Part shown: positions 15,411 to 28,088 of the stretch, piece by piece
How the letters are laid out: each line of letters starts with the position of its first letter
Numbering within the stretch: the first letter of the stretch is position 1
Source: Eledone cirrhosa
Taxonomy: Eukaryota
Direction: 5' to 3'
Assembly: GCA_964016885.1 (NCBI GenBank)
Contig: OZ024745.1
Span: forward strand, 23,436,001 to 23,500,000
DNA length: 64,000 nt
Made by a program: the position numbers and the translations under genes
The notes under the pieces: model-generated
What the model saw: the letters and a program-made list of their open reading frames with translations, nothing else
Database searches by the model: none
What the model was told of the DNA's origin: nothing

Positions 15411-16075
15411 GTGTCATATGTCACTCTACCGTGACATATGACAGACATCTCTTATTAAACACATTTTACGCCCTTCCTCATCTTTTATTCTCTTTCTCTA
15501 TTTTTCTCTTTGTCTTCTTTTGTGTTGTTTTGTTTGTTTGTTTGTTGTTGTTGTTGTTGTTGTTGTTTGTATTGTTTTAACAGGAGAATCTTGTCAATTT
15601 GTCTGTGTTTTCTCTGGGTTGTAGGGGGAGGAGGGCCATAGAAAAAAAAATATATATATGTGTGTGTGTGTGTGTGTGGAAGTATGTGTGTGTAGCGAGT
15701 ACGTGTGTGTATGTAAGCGTATGTTTGTATATCAGTGTATATAGGTGCGTGTGCAGGTGTGTGTAAGTCTATGTATGTGTTTGCCTGTGAGTGTATGTAT
15801 GTCTGTGCGTGTCAATATGTATATATATATATATGTATATATATATATTTACAGCACAGACATACATACACTCACAGGCAAACACATATATGCGTGTGTG
15901 TGCGTGTGTGTCTGTGTGTGTGCGTGTATGTGTATGAAGTCTATGTATGTGTTTGCCTCTGAGTGTATGTATGTCTGTGTGCGTGTAAATATATATATGT
16001 GTGTGTGTATGACAGCTCACACCTATGTGTGTGTGTGTGTGTGACAGCTCACAGCTATGTGTGTGTATGTGTGTG

Positions 16076-16315
16076 TGTGACAGCTCACAGCTATGCAGGT
16101 TTAGCTGGCCTCCTCCAAGGTATATCTCGTTGGGGGTGTGTTGGGTTATTTAATGATAGGACCCCGGTCCTATCATCTCATTTCTACAGCTGAGTAAACT
16201 GGAGTAACGTGAAATAAAGTGCCTTGCTCAAGGAAACAACACATCACCCGGTCCGAGAATTGAACTCACAACCTTTCGATTGCAAGCCCAGTGTTCTAAC
16301 CACTAAGCCAGACGC
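16076..16315 (-). mobile_element. tRNA-derived SINE, family B
   Basis: Minus strand reads TGGCTTAGTGGTTAG (A-box), GAGTTCAATTC (B-box), CCTTGAGCAAGGCACTTT core; about 95% identical to 18315-18443. Confidence 0.85.
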
Positions 16316-16319
16316 AAAT

Positions 16320-17000
16320 ATATATATATATATATATGCGTGTGTGTGTGTGTGAGGGTGTGTGTGTGTGAAGGTGTGTGTGTGTGGGTGTGTGTGAAGG
16401 TGCGTGTGGGTGTGTGGGTGTGTGAGGGTGTGTGGGTGTGGGTGTGAGGGTGGGTGTGTGAGGGTGTGTGTGTGAGGGTGTGTGTGTTGGGTGTGTGGGT
16501 GAGGGTGTGTGTGTGAGGTTGTGTGTGTGTGTGTGTGTATGAGGGTGTGTGGGTGAGGGAGTGTGTGTGTGAGGGTGCGTGTGTGTGAAGGTGGGTGTGT
16601 GAGGGTGTGTGTGTGTGAGGGTGGGTGTGTGAGGGTCTGTGTGTGTGAGGGTGGGTGTGTGAGGGTGTGTGTGTGGGTGGGGGCGGGTGGGGTAGGTGTG
16701 TGTGTGTGGGGGGGTGTATGTGTGAGGGTGGGCTGTGAGGGTGTGTGTAGGTGTTGGAGGGGGAGGATTGGGGTATGTGTGAGTGTGTGTGTGTGAGGGT
16801 GTGTGTGAAGGTGTGTAACGGACCGACAAATGGAAAACTGAAGAGAGTGAAAGCGAGAAAGGAAGAAATAGTGAAAATGAAAAAGAAAGCGAGAGTAAGA
16901 GAAAGAGAGTGAGATAGAGAGAAGGTGAGTAAGAATGAGAGAGTAAGAGTGAGAGAGAGAGAGAGAGAGAGAGAGTAAGAGTGAGAGAGAGAGTATGTGT
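16320..17000. repeat. Degenerate (TG)n/GAGGGTGT and (GA)n simple repeats
   Basis: Direct inspection. Confidence 0.9.
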
Positions 17001-17071
17001 GGGGTAGCGAATATATCAGATCAAACAAACATGTTGAGGGATAATTATATAGATATTTACCTTATATATCT

Positions 17072-17253
17072 AACGTAGGAAGTGTGGTAAGAAACCAGGT
17101 GGACCATAACGCACCAGAGTACTCAATACTGAGGGTAGTAGAGTGGGTAATAGGAAAAGGTTCAGGACCCCGACGGCAGAGCTCAAGCCGTTTCGACGGT
17201 TATTTCTGGACTAGAAATAGCTGTCGAAACGGCTTGAGCTCTGCCGTCTGGGT

Positions 17254-17256
<3 letters not shown>
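17072..17256. repeat. Dispersed element ending in a 93-bp palindrome, abutting (TA)n
   Basis: 17164-17256 is self-complementary; 17072-17150 is the reverse complement of 57551-57631. Confidence 0.75.
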
Positions 17257-17315
<59 letters not shown>

Positions 17316-17361
17316 CATAGAGAGAGGGGGAGAAAATGGGAGAGAGAAAGGGCTCACATAT

Positions 17362-17525
17362 ATGGCTGAATGGTTAAGGTGTTAGTTCCGCAACCAGTTG
17401 GTTCTGGATTCAACCCCAATCAGTGACAACTCGGCACAATGTTTTCCACTATAACCTCCCGTTGACCAATGCCATGTGAAGGAAATTTGGTGGACGGAAC
17501 CTGCTGAGTCCTTTCGTATGTCTGT
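17362..17525 (+). mobile_element. tRNA-derived SINE, family C, degenerate
   Basis: TGGCTGAATGGTTAAG A-box, GGATTCAACCCC B-box, tail TTTGGTGGACGGAACCTG...CGTATG ending in (TA)n. Confidence 0.65.
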
Positions 17526-17551
17526 GTATATATATATATATATATCGCATA

Positions 17552-17751
17552 CGAGGGTCGGCTGAAAAGTTCATAGGCTGAAAAGTTCATCGGCTGAAAA
17601 GTTCATAGGCTGAAAAGTTCATCGGCTGAAAAGTTCATAGGCTGACCAAGATACTCTCATGACCAAATGGGGTTGATTTCTCAACATAGTCCCTGGAAAG
17701 AAATAATGTAGTTATCACTCCTCAGCCTATGAACTATTCAGTCGACCCTTG
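17552..17751. mobile_element. Tc1/mariner-type MITE with TA target-site duplication
   Basis: TA|CGAGGGTCGGCTGAAAAGTTCATAGGCTGA ... TCAGCCTATGAACTATTCAGTCGACCCTTG|TA, about 30-bp TIRs. Confidence 0.85.
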
Positions 17752-17754
17752 TAT

Positions 17755-17832
17755 CTGATGAGATGTCGATGCATTGTGTGCCCTCAATCATTATGATCGA
17801 ACCCTGAGCTAATCGATATCGAAAAAAATGTA
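17755..17832 (+). ncRNA. Hammerhead-ribozyme-like motif with extended stem II
   Basis: CTGATGA-GATGTCGAT...ATCGATATC-GAAA, 9-bp stem II; stems I and III degenerate. Confidence 0.45.
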
Positions 17833-18147
17833 AATTAAGTTTTCTTTTATTTAGTTAAACATACAGAAAAAGAAAGTATTATTGGAAAGGACTATAAATG
17901 CCATAAAGAACAAGGACTACTAGACAAAGGAAGGGGGAGGGTGGAGGGTAACAGACTCTTTACCTATCTCAGAGCGGTGTTTCTGCTACACCCCACGGAC
18001 AAAATGGAATAAAGGCATTTCCGTGACAGATGCTACACGAATGGGGTCTGGGAAATTGTCAATCGATTAAAAGTCAATAGTGACTGAGAACCAGTAATTT
18101 TTATCTAAAGACATTTTTTTACAATTGTACCCCACCCGTCCCTTCAA

Positions 18148-18300
18148 TCTATCTTATTCCTCATTCTTTCTTCTGATGAAGGACTAGCGTCCGAAACGTT
18201 AAGACCATCTTCCTGCTATTTCAAGCATTAACCTAATATATTCCTTCCTTCCATATACTGTATCGATTGTGTTGTTATTTCTGTTTACCTTTTACATATA
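18148..18300 (+). mobile_element. Penelope-like pLTR fragment (HHR family 1, copy 1)
   Basis: Homologous to 20335-20477 (-) and 34560-34712 (+); ends TTTACCTTTTAC then (TA)n. Confidence 0.6.
18168..18204 (+). ncRNA. Minimal type-I hammerhead ribozyme motif
   Basis: TCTT-CTGATGA-A-GGAC-TAGC-GTCC-GAAACGTT-AAGA: catalytic boxes, 4-bp stem II, palindromic ACGT stem III. Confidence 0.65.
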
Positions 18301-18314
18301 TGCATATATATATA

Positions 18315-18564
18315 TAGTGGTTAAAGCATTGGGCTTGCAATTGAAAGGTTGTGAGTTCAATTCTCGGACCGGGTGATGTGTTGTTTCCTTGAGCAAGACA
18401 CTTTATTTCACGTTGCTCCAGTTTACTCAGCTGTAGAAATGAGTACCGGCCTGCCCGCCCAGCCAGTGGGATGGCGTTATCTCATGGCTAAAACAGAACG
18501 ACGTGCTGTGACCAGCGGCGCCGATTGGCGCCCGACAGACTGGTCGGTCAAGGTGGTCAAGGTG
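18315..18564 (+). mobile_element. tRNA-derived SINE, family B head with a different tail
   Basis: Head and core near-identical to 16177-16305 in inverted orientation. Confidence 0.85.
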
Positions 18565-18677
18565 ATATATATATATAAAATTCGGATTTTATTTCTCGTG
18601 CTAGCACAGCTGATACGTAAATGTAACGTGTGCATACTTACATAAGTGTAAGTATACACATACACACACACACGTGT

Positions 18678-18709
<32 letters not shown>

Positions 18710-18710
<1 letters not shown>

Positions 18711-19005
18711 ACGTAACGGTTAGCTTACGTTTGTAAGGCCACGAGTTCCGTTTCCGAGAATGCGGAACGTTTTATTCTTGAGCAAGATTCTTTATTTCAC
18801 TTTGCTCCAGTCCACTCCGCTGGCGAAAATGAGATGTATCCGTAATTTGAGAGGATAGTCCTGTCACACAATGTTTTACCCTGAATCTCCCTTAGAATTA
18901 AGTTCAGGGTGCACGTGTCTGTGAGATGTTCAACCAGCAGTCAGTTGTATTGATTGAAACAACTGGGACACTCGTCGTCGATAACGACGGAGGGGGTACG
19001 ACAAC
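18710..19005 (+). mobile_element. Old family-B-like SINE with a third tail type
   Basis: TTGAGCAAGATTCTTTATTTCACTTTGCTCCAGTCCACTCCGCTGGCGAAAATGAG matches the family-B core. Confidence 0.6.
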
Positions 19006-19019
19006 AGTATGTTTACAAC

Positions 19020-20221
<1,202 letters not shown>

Positions 20222-20334
20222 AAAATGGAACGGGAACAAAACAGAGAGGCAGTACGAACAAAGGTTTATTAGTTTCACGCTCTTGAGAGTGTGTGTGTGG
20301 GGTGGGGGGTGGGGGGGTGGGGTATATATATATA

Positions 20335-20473
20335 TGTAAAAGGTAAACAGAAACAACAACAGTATATGGTACAGTATATGGAAGGTTTATATTAGGTTAA
20401 CGCTTGATATAGCAGGAAGAGGGTATTTACGTTTCGGACGATAGTCCTTCATCAGAAGAAAGAATGAGAAATA

Positions 20474-20477
<4 letters not shown>
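20335..20477 (-). mobile_element. Penelope-like pLTR fragment (HHR family 1, copy 2)
   Basis: Reverse complement aligns with 18148-18300; (TA)n on both sides. Confidence 0.6.
20424..20460 (-). ncRNA. Minimal type-I hammerhead ribozyme motif
   Basis: Minus strand CTGATGA-A-GGAC-TATC-GTCC-GAAAC-GTA (GUA triplet). Confidence 0.65.
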
Positions 20478-20508
<31 letters not shown>

Positions 20509-20665
20509 GAAAGAGAGAGAAAGAGAGGGGGGGGGGGGTTAGATGATTCAGTAGATTTGTGGTTTACTGTGGAAGTTACCAATATTATCCATCAACTCTA
20601 GAAGAATATATACATTAAGAAGAACAAAAGAACCTTTCATACTGATGTTTTTATTGATTAAACTC

Positions 20666-20750
20666 AGTTACGAACGTTTCATTGATGGCCGGCTCAGGAT
20701 CCATATTTTTGTTATAGACCTGACTACAGCCTCAATCAGCTCATCAGACT
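20666..20750 (-). ncRNA. Type-I hammerhead ribozyme motif with long stem II
   Basis: Minus strand AGT-CTGATGA-[about 60-nt hairpin: GGCTG/CGGCC, TCAGG/CCTGA]-GAAAC-GTTC-GTA-ACT, followed by AATAAA. Confidence 0.6.
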
Positions 20751-21039
20751 TGTTATTCAAACAAAATCAGAATCTGAGATGAGATGACACATACTCACCT
20801 TTAATTAATATATATCATAATAAGAGTGTTACCTGTCTGTCCTTCGCCCATCCGTATGTCACGCTGGCTTTATATAGAGAGGGGGAGCGCCAAGTGAGAG
20901 AGAAATATACATAGAGAGAGAAAAGGGAACACTGTGTGTTTTCGAGGTGACAGAAAGAGGTAGATAGATAGAAAGTTCTGACGTCACCCCCTCGATATAT
21001 ATAGAGAGAGGGTGAGAACCAAGCGAGAGATATGTACAT

Positions 21040-21093
<54 letters not shown>

Positions 21094-21274
21094 CGTCTCC
21101 CTCATCTTGTAAGTATGAAAATCACACTTTACGTTAGAAACGAGACTAATAAAGAAGCAAGTTTCAGTCATCCAATACAGTCAGATGAAGTAACAAACTT
21201 AGAAGTCCCTGTCATATTTCCCTTTACACAATATATTTGACACTACTTACAAGTATCAGTGTTAATTCGGCTAA

Positions 21275-23342
21275 TCTCTATATAAAACAAAAGATGTCTG
21301 TCTGTGTAACCGCCTGCATTTTTACATTTTACAACCGATTTGCAACAAATTTCATACATAGGTTTCTGAAGTCCTATTACGCGTTGTAGGCTATTTTATT
21401 TTTCCGTACATCGATTGTGTGGCCCCCCAGGAACAGATAACCCCCTTAAACCTCTTTCTTGGAGTCAGCAGTACTACTGCATAAAGGCCCCATCATTCCT
21501 ACAGTTTGCCTCCCATCTTCACCAAAATTAATCTTTTGTTTGCTTATGGCCTACAAATAAATTTGCAGGCATGCACTTGCGTAGAAATTCAGGTAGCGGA
21601 CCCCTTGGGGGGCAGTATACCGACTTGATGAATGTTGAAGTTGATATCATCAATGCAACAAAATGTCATAACTGCTTGAGTTGGTGTTTGGTTTTCACGA
21701 AGCGAGACGTATTGGTTACCCACTGTTCGAACTGACATACTGACACTTATATACCCACGACTGTAGCCACACTATTTAATTACCTTTATCACAGGTAGTC
21801 CGTACGCTGCGTTGCCTCTAACTTAAAATCTGAAATTTGACTGGTACACAAAATCTTGCAAAACATACCCACTTTCTCAGCCCACATAGATTTATCACAT
21901 TTTTTCACAATTTATATCCGTGTTTAGATTTGCTTACTTAAACGTTATTTCTCCACTATTTATCGTTCTTCCTGGTTAATTTTCTAAAAGCAATACCCCC
22001 CAAGAAAAGAACTTTCATTGGTCGATTATCTAATGATGCAAGTAAGTCTAAGCGAAGGCGTCTCACCGGAGATGTAAATGCGACTGCGATCTGGCTCTCA
22101 CAGAATGCTGTGCAGGCGGCAGCTGCAAGAGTGGAGGAGGATGACGCGCAATATTGGCTTCGAAAAACCACATAGTTGGAAACATCAGTGAACAGCTCAT
22201 GCTGTGCTTGCCTGGAAACCTGCGCGTCTACAAGTCCCTTCACTCTATGGCTGATCCGGACGAAGTTGTTAATTACTCCACAGAATTTCTTAACTCTCTA
22301 GACCCTCCCGGATTGTCACCACACTTACTGTGACTTAAGAAAGGTGCCCCTGTCATGCTTCTCAGGAATTTGAAACCCCGAAGGCTTTCCAACGGCACGC
22401 GTCTGGTCGTCCAAAAGGCTATGCCTCATGTTATTGAGGCAACAATACTTACAGGATGTGGTAAGGGGAATACTGTCTTCATACCAAGGATACCTCTCAT
22501 TCCATCTGGTAAAGACATTCCTTTCACATTCAGAAGGCTGCAATTGCCTCTCCGGCTCAGTTTCGCCATGTCGATTAACAAACCACAGGGTCAGACGCTG
22601 ACGGTCGTAGGGCTTAATTTAGAAGAACCGTGCCTCTCCCATGGTCAACTATATGTTGGCTGCTCTCGAGTGGGGAGCTGACATAACCTATTTGCTTTTG
22701 CAACTCGCGAGAAAACCCAAAATATAGTCTATAAGGAAGTTTTGTAGGCACCCCATCCGCCAACAAGTAATCACTGTTTTTTTTTTTTTTGTATAAGTGC
22801 TTATTTTGCTGTATCCGTGTGCTATTTTTGTCTTTTTGAAAATACCACGTACGCATCTGATGTTGCTTTTGCTATACGTTATAAATGTTCAATGTCTCCG
22901 TTTTCCGCACTTATATGTTGCTATTACACTTTGCTATCGATGTTCCATAGTTTTAACCTAATTAATCTACTTTTCCCTACATCTTATTTACACATTTTTT
23001 TGACATTCCAGCGTGATCTTGCCAAGGCCGTTTTTGTGGCCACCGACTATAAATTGTTATCGCTGGATCCGTCTCTGCTGGCAGCACCGCCGCTGAGACT
23101 TTTAAGAGTGAACGATCCAAGGCTCTCTTTAGGGCCACCAACTTAAAATTGTTACCATCGGATTCGTCTTTGCTGGCAGCTCCGCCGCAGAGATATTTCA
23201 AAGAGAACGTTCAAAGACCCTCTTTAGGGCCAACACCTATAAATTGTTACTTCTATAGTCGTGTTTAACGGAAGTCTTTCGGTTCATTTGAACGACTACT
23301 CCATTGAGAGTTATACCGGGCAACGCCGGGTACCTCTGCTAG
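21275..23342 (+). mobile_element. Internally deleted Helitron
   Basis: 5' A|TCTCTATATAAAA; 3' hairpin-like CCGGGCAACGCCGGG then CTAG|T; contains a helicase remnant. Confidence 0.9.
22145..22747 (+). pseudogene. Helitron RepHel C-terminal Pif1-like helicase fragment with two in-frame stops
   Basis: RAILASKN...EFLNSLDPPG...PVMLLRNL...LSNGTRLVV...FIPRIPL...FRRLQLPLRLSFAMSINKPQGQTL...SHGQLYVGCSRV...NIVYKEVL*. Confidence 0.92.
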
Positions 23343-23379
23343 TATTACTATATAAAATATACGTCCTTGTGTATGTTGG

Positions 23380-23966
23380 CGTGTGTGTGTGTGTGTGTGT
23401 GCATTTGTATATGTGAATGTCTGGTCTTTGAGTGTGTGTATGTAAGTGAATTACACACATGCATTTGTAATCACACATGAATCGATAAATAACTAGATTA
23501 ATATATATAGGTCGATAGGAAGATACATAGGAATACAGATAGATTTATTGATTGATAAATAAACAGAATGGACGCCCGACAGTAATTGATATACATACAT
23601 ATCGATATCATATATATATATATATACATACGCGCGCACACACACACACACACACATATATATATGTATACACACACACATATATACATACACATGTATG
23701 TATATATATATATATATATATACATACACGCACACACATATATACATATACATGCATGTATATATATATGAATGTATACACATATATATATATATACACA
23801 TACATACACACACACACACATTTATATATATATATATACATTCATACAGACACACACACGCATATATATATATACATATACATGCATGTATATATATATA
23901 TATATATATATAAACACACACATAGATACATATATGTGTGTGTGACTGTGAGTGTGTGTGTGCGTG

Positions 23967-24042
<76 letters not shown>

Positions 24043-24555
24043 TGTGTGTGTGTTTACGTTAGAACAATGACAAAAAGCATTTATAGCTTTACTGAAAGGA
24101 AGTGAATGAGAGGGAGAAAGAAAAAGAAAGAAAAAGAAAAAGAAACAAAAAGAAAGAAAAAAAAAGAAAATAAAAGAAAATGGAAGAAAAGGGAAGAAAA
24201 AGGAAGTGGCCTCTATTGTGAGAATTATTCTTCAACTGCCAGTATTACTATTGTTATGCAATTTCATTATAAATTCTCTCTCTCCAATGACATATGATTA
24301 ACCCAATATCTAAACCTTGATATTATCCAGTCAAACTTATTATTTTACTTTATTTTACTTGCTATTATCTCTTCTTTTCAATGTATTTCTTCTTTTCTCT
24401 TCCAACATTAATAAATATGCTTCGGTCTCGACATTTGCTGCGCCAAGTTATTCACCAAATCCCTGTTTTACATCTACATTTCGTACCATCAGTATTTCTT
24501 TCTCTCTACTGTAAAAACCAATCGTACACACACACACACACACACGTGTGTGTGT

Positions 24556-24639
<84 letters not shown>

Positions 24640-24790
24640 GTGTGTGTGTGTGTTTTTATGTATGTATGTATATATTTCTTTCTCTCTACTGTATATATAT
24701 ATATATATATATATATACATGTGTGTGTGTGTGTGAGTGTGTTTGTGTGTATGTATGTATATAAATATATATATAGAGAGAGAGGAGAGA
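23380..24790. repeat. Mixed (TA)n/(CA)n/(TG)n microsatellite clusters
   Basis: Direct inspection. Confidence 0.85.
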
Positions 24791-25259
24791 TTCATATATA
24801 CATCTAACACCATAACTATAATATATAACACATATTGGCTACAGATAGGTTTCCTACTTAAACATGTTAATTTATATGGGATAATCTTTACATATGTCTA
24901 ATTCGCATCCCTCATACGGAAAGATGAACGACCTGATGAATATTGAAATGTGTGTGCTAGGTTATCACACATATACTTGTTTAAGTAAGAAAACAAAATG
25001 ACGCCAATATATGTTGCGTAATATCGTTATAAATATATATGAATATATCATAGAGTTGCCAGTATATTCTGAGAGTATCCGACAGCACTGTTTCAAGATT
25101 CGTTGATTTTTTATCAGTGACACACAAAACATACTGGCATGGAACAGACTGTAGTCTATATAGTAAATTGCGCCACATTAACAACTATCACCTTATCACC
25201 AACACCACTAATACAAACACTAAAGCCATTATCACTCACAAGTAAAGCATGAATTATAT

Positions 25260-26311
25260 CACCACAAGCACTAACAACAGTAGAAAAAGTACCACAACCA
25301 CAACCACCACCACCACCACCACCACCACCACCACCACCACAGGTATCAAAACTACCATCACAGCCACCACCACAATCACCACTACCACCACGACCCCCCC
25401 TATCACCACCACCACCACCACCTTCATCACTACCACCACCACCACCGCCACCACCACCACCACCACAACGACCACCACCATTACCTTCATCACTACCGCC
25501 ACCACCACCACCACCACCCACCACCACCACCCACCACCACCACCACTTTCATCACTCCCCTCCCCCATAACCACACTACTATTACCGCATTCCCCACACC
25601 TCTACCTCCCATCTACCCCCCACTACCACCACCAATACCTCCACTATCACCTCGATCACCACCAACATAAAACCACCATCTCCACCACCACTACCACCAT
25701 AACCCCCCCCACTACCAGGTCAATCACCACCAACATAAAACTACCCTCCACCCTACCCCACACCCTCACCACAAATGTTTACACACGCGCATCCATATTT
25801 GCTGATAGCACGTAACCTCAGACATACACCCCCAACACACACACACAGACATGCACATAAACACACACATAAAGACACACCCACACACACATATAAAGAC
25901 AGACACACACAAACATCCACACACACACACATACACAGACACACACAGACACACAAACACACACATATATACACAAAAACAGACACACACACACATACAC
26001 ACGCACAAACAGAGACACACAGACATACACACAGACACACACATACACACACACATATACACACACACATACACACGTACACACATATATACACACACAC
26101 ATACACACGTACACACATATATACACACACACATATACACATCATACGACCGTACTCTCTGACCTTCTGCTTATCTCCATACCTCGTTATCCCAGATTAT
26201 GAAAACCTTTACTCACGCAAATACAAATATTTAGACACACACACACATACATACACACGCGCACACATACATACATACACACACGTACACATACATGCAC
26301 ACACACACACT

Positions 26312-26372
<61 letters not shown>

Positions 26373-26510
26373 GTACACACACTCATACATACATTGGCTA
26401 CTTGTATATATATATCTGTGTGCTGTTCAGATCTCTCTCTCTTTCTCTCTCCCCTCTCTCTCTCTCTCTCCCCTCTCTCTCTCTGTCTCCCCCCTCTCTC
26501 TCTCTCTGTG
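25260..26510. repeat. Degenerate (ACC)n, then (CA)n and (CT)n
   Basis: Direct inspection. Confidence 0.9.
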
Positions 26511-26820
26511 AGTCCCGGGTTCAATCGGGGGTAACCACAGTTAGTAAGGTACTCAATACATTAGTAGAGTGTATACAACAAATTTAACATAGAAATGGCA
26601 TTTACAGGACTAGAACTGTTTCATTCGAAGGGAATCATTAGGCTTTCCTGGTGATTTCATGCATATAAAGATTATGTATCTTTATTAATAATATCAACGT
26701 TAGATTGTTTCACAGTAACTGATAAGCTTCATTCTTTTAGGCGAATAATTGAACTTTGAGAATTGTAATTAAAGGTATCAGTAATTGTAGTTCCTCGTCT
26801 CAGAGAGAGAGAGTGAGAGA

Positions 26821-26897
<77 letters not shown>

Positions 26898-26922
26898 GTT
26901 CATATACATTTCACCAAATAAT

Positions 26923-27111
26923 TATTTCTACTTTTGACAAGGCCACCAATTATCCCAGTGTATTACTGGTACTTTATTTTATCGACCCCGTAAGGATGAA
27001 AGGCAAAGTTAACCTCGGCGGGATTTGAACTCAGACCATAAAGGGCTGTAACTCTTTGCTGCAAAGCATGATGTCCGACCCTCTACCGATACTGCCAATC
27101 TACCGCCCTAT
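26923..27111 (-). mobile_element. Family-A SINE with 16-bp TSD
   Basis: Reverse complement of the 48739 copy; CATTTCACCAAATAAT at both 26907-26922 and 27112-27127. Confidence 0.88.
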
Positions 27112-27127
27112 CATTTCACCAAATAAT

Positions 27128-27303
27128 GGTTTCTGATTTAGGCACAAGGCCAACAATTTTGGAGGAGAAAAAAGTCGTTACTTTATATTATCGATCTTGT
27201 AAGGATGAATGGCAAAGCTAACCTAGGTGGGATTTGAACTCAGAACGAAAGTATATGCCGTAAGCATGTTGTCCAACGCTCTACTGATTCTGCCAATCTC
27301 CAA
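27128..27303 (-). mobile_element. Older family-A SINE
   Basis: GGCACAAGGCC...AAGGATGAATGGCAAAG...GGATTTGAACTCAGAACG...TGCCAAT. Confidence 0.8.
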
Positions 27304-27832
27304 TTCATGTAAGCTAAATTAAAAGGTTGATAGCAAACAAACATCAACTCAAACACACACACACACGTACATCCCCCCCCCTCCACGCGCGCACAGACAC
27401 ACACACGTACACGCACACACCCACACACGCGCGCATGCACGCACACACAAATACATGCATACAAACCCACACACTTACACATATATGCATACACTCGCTC
27501 AAACAAATATAAAGCAATTTCTATTGGGTCGTTTGACTTGCTAGACACATCAGCTAAATTTCTATCAAACCACGTCAAACCATCTTTTAAAAAAATATGC
27601 ATTAGATAATTTAACCCGTGGCCCAATACCCCACCCACCAAAAAATGAACTGAGCAAAATTGGAATGCTCTTGATATATCGACCTATTCAGTTGTTTATT
27701 GGAATACGCAATAAATCAGGTTTATCCATATCTGTTTCGTAATGGTAGCCAGAAACTGCGGTAGTCTGTCGGATGGTCCGTATTTGATTTTGGTGAATAG
27801 ACTTAATCTGAAACTCGGGTTATCACTATCAC

Positions 27833-28088
27833 CTGATCCTTGGCAGCATTTAATAAAGTTAAAAATCTATAACCTAATTCTTGGGAGATTTCAGCAAAGT
27901 TTGACACGACCACTTGATCCTTGGGAACGTTCAGAAAAATTTAAGACCATCATTTGATCCTTGGAAACTTTCTGCAAAGTTTAGCACTAACAACTGATCC
28001 TTGGCAGTTTGAGCAAAGTTTAACACCACCATCTGAACCTTAGGGAGTTTTAGAAAAGTTTGGGCCCATTATCTAATCCTTGGCAACT
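27833..28088. repeat. Degenerate 40-bp tandem repeat, about 7 units
   Basis: Recurrent TGATCCTTGG...AAAGTT at about 40-bp spacing. Confidence 0.75.

Noticed and set aside
1-15580. Giant ORFs (1215, 3849 and 2752 aa, including a Cys-rich metallothionein-like repeat)
   Set aside because: The 45-bp unit is a multiple of 3 and open in four frames at once; stops and frameshifts are tolerated, and the unit looks SINE-derived
24930-24965. CTGATGA-ATATT-GAAA hammerhead (similar case at 31863)
   Set aside because: Stem II too short and no stem I
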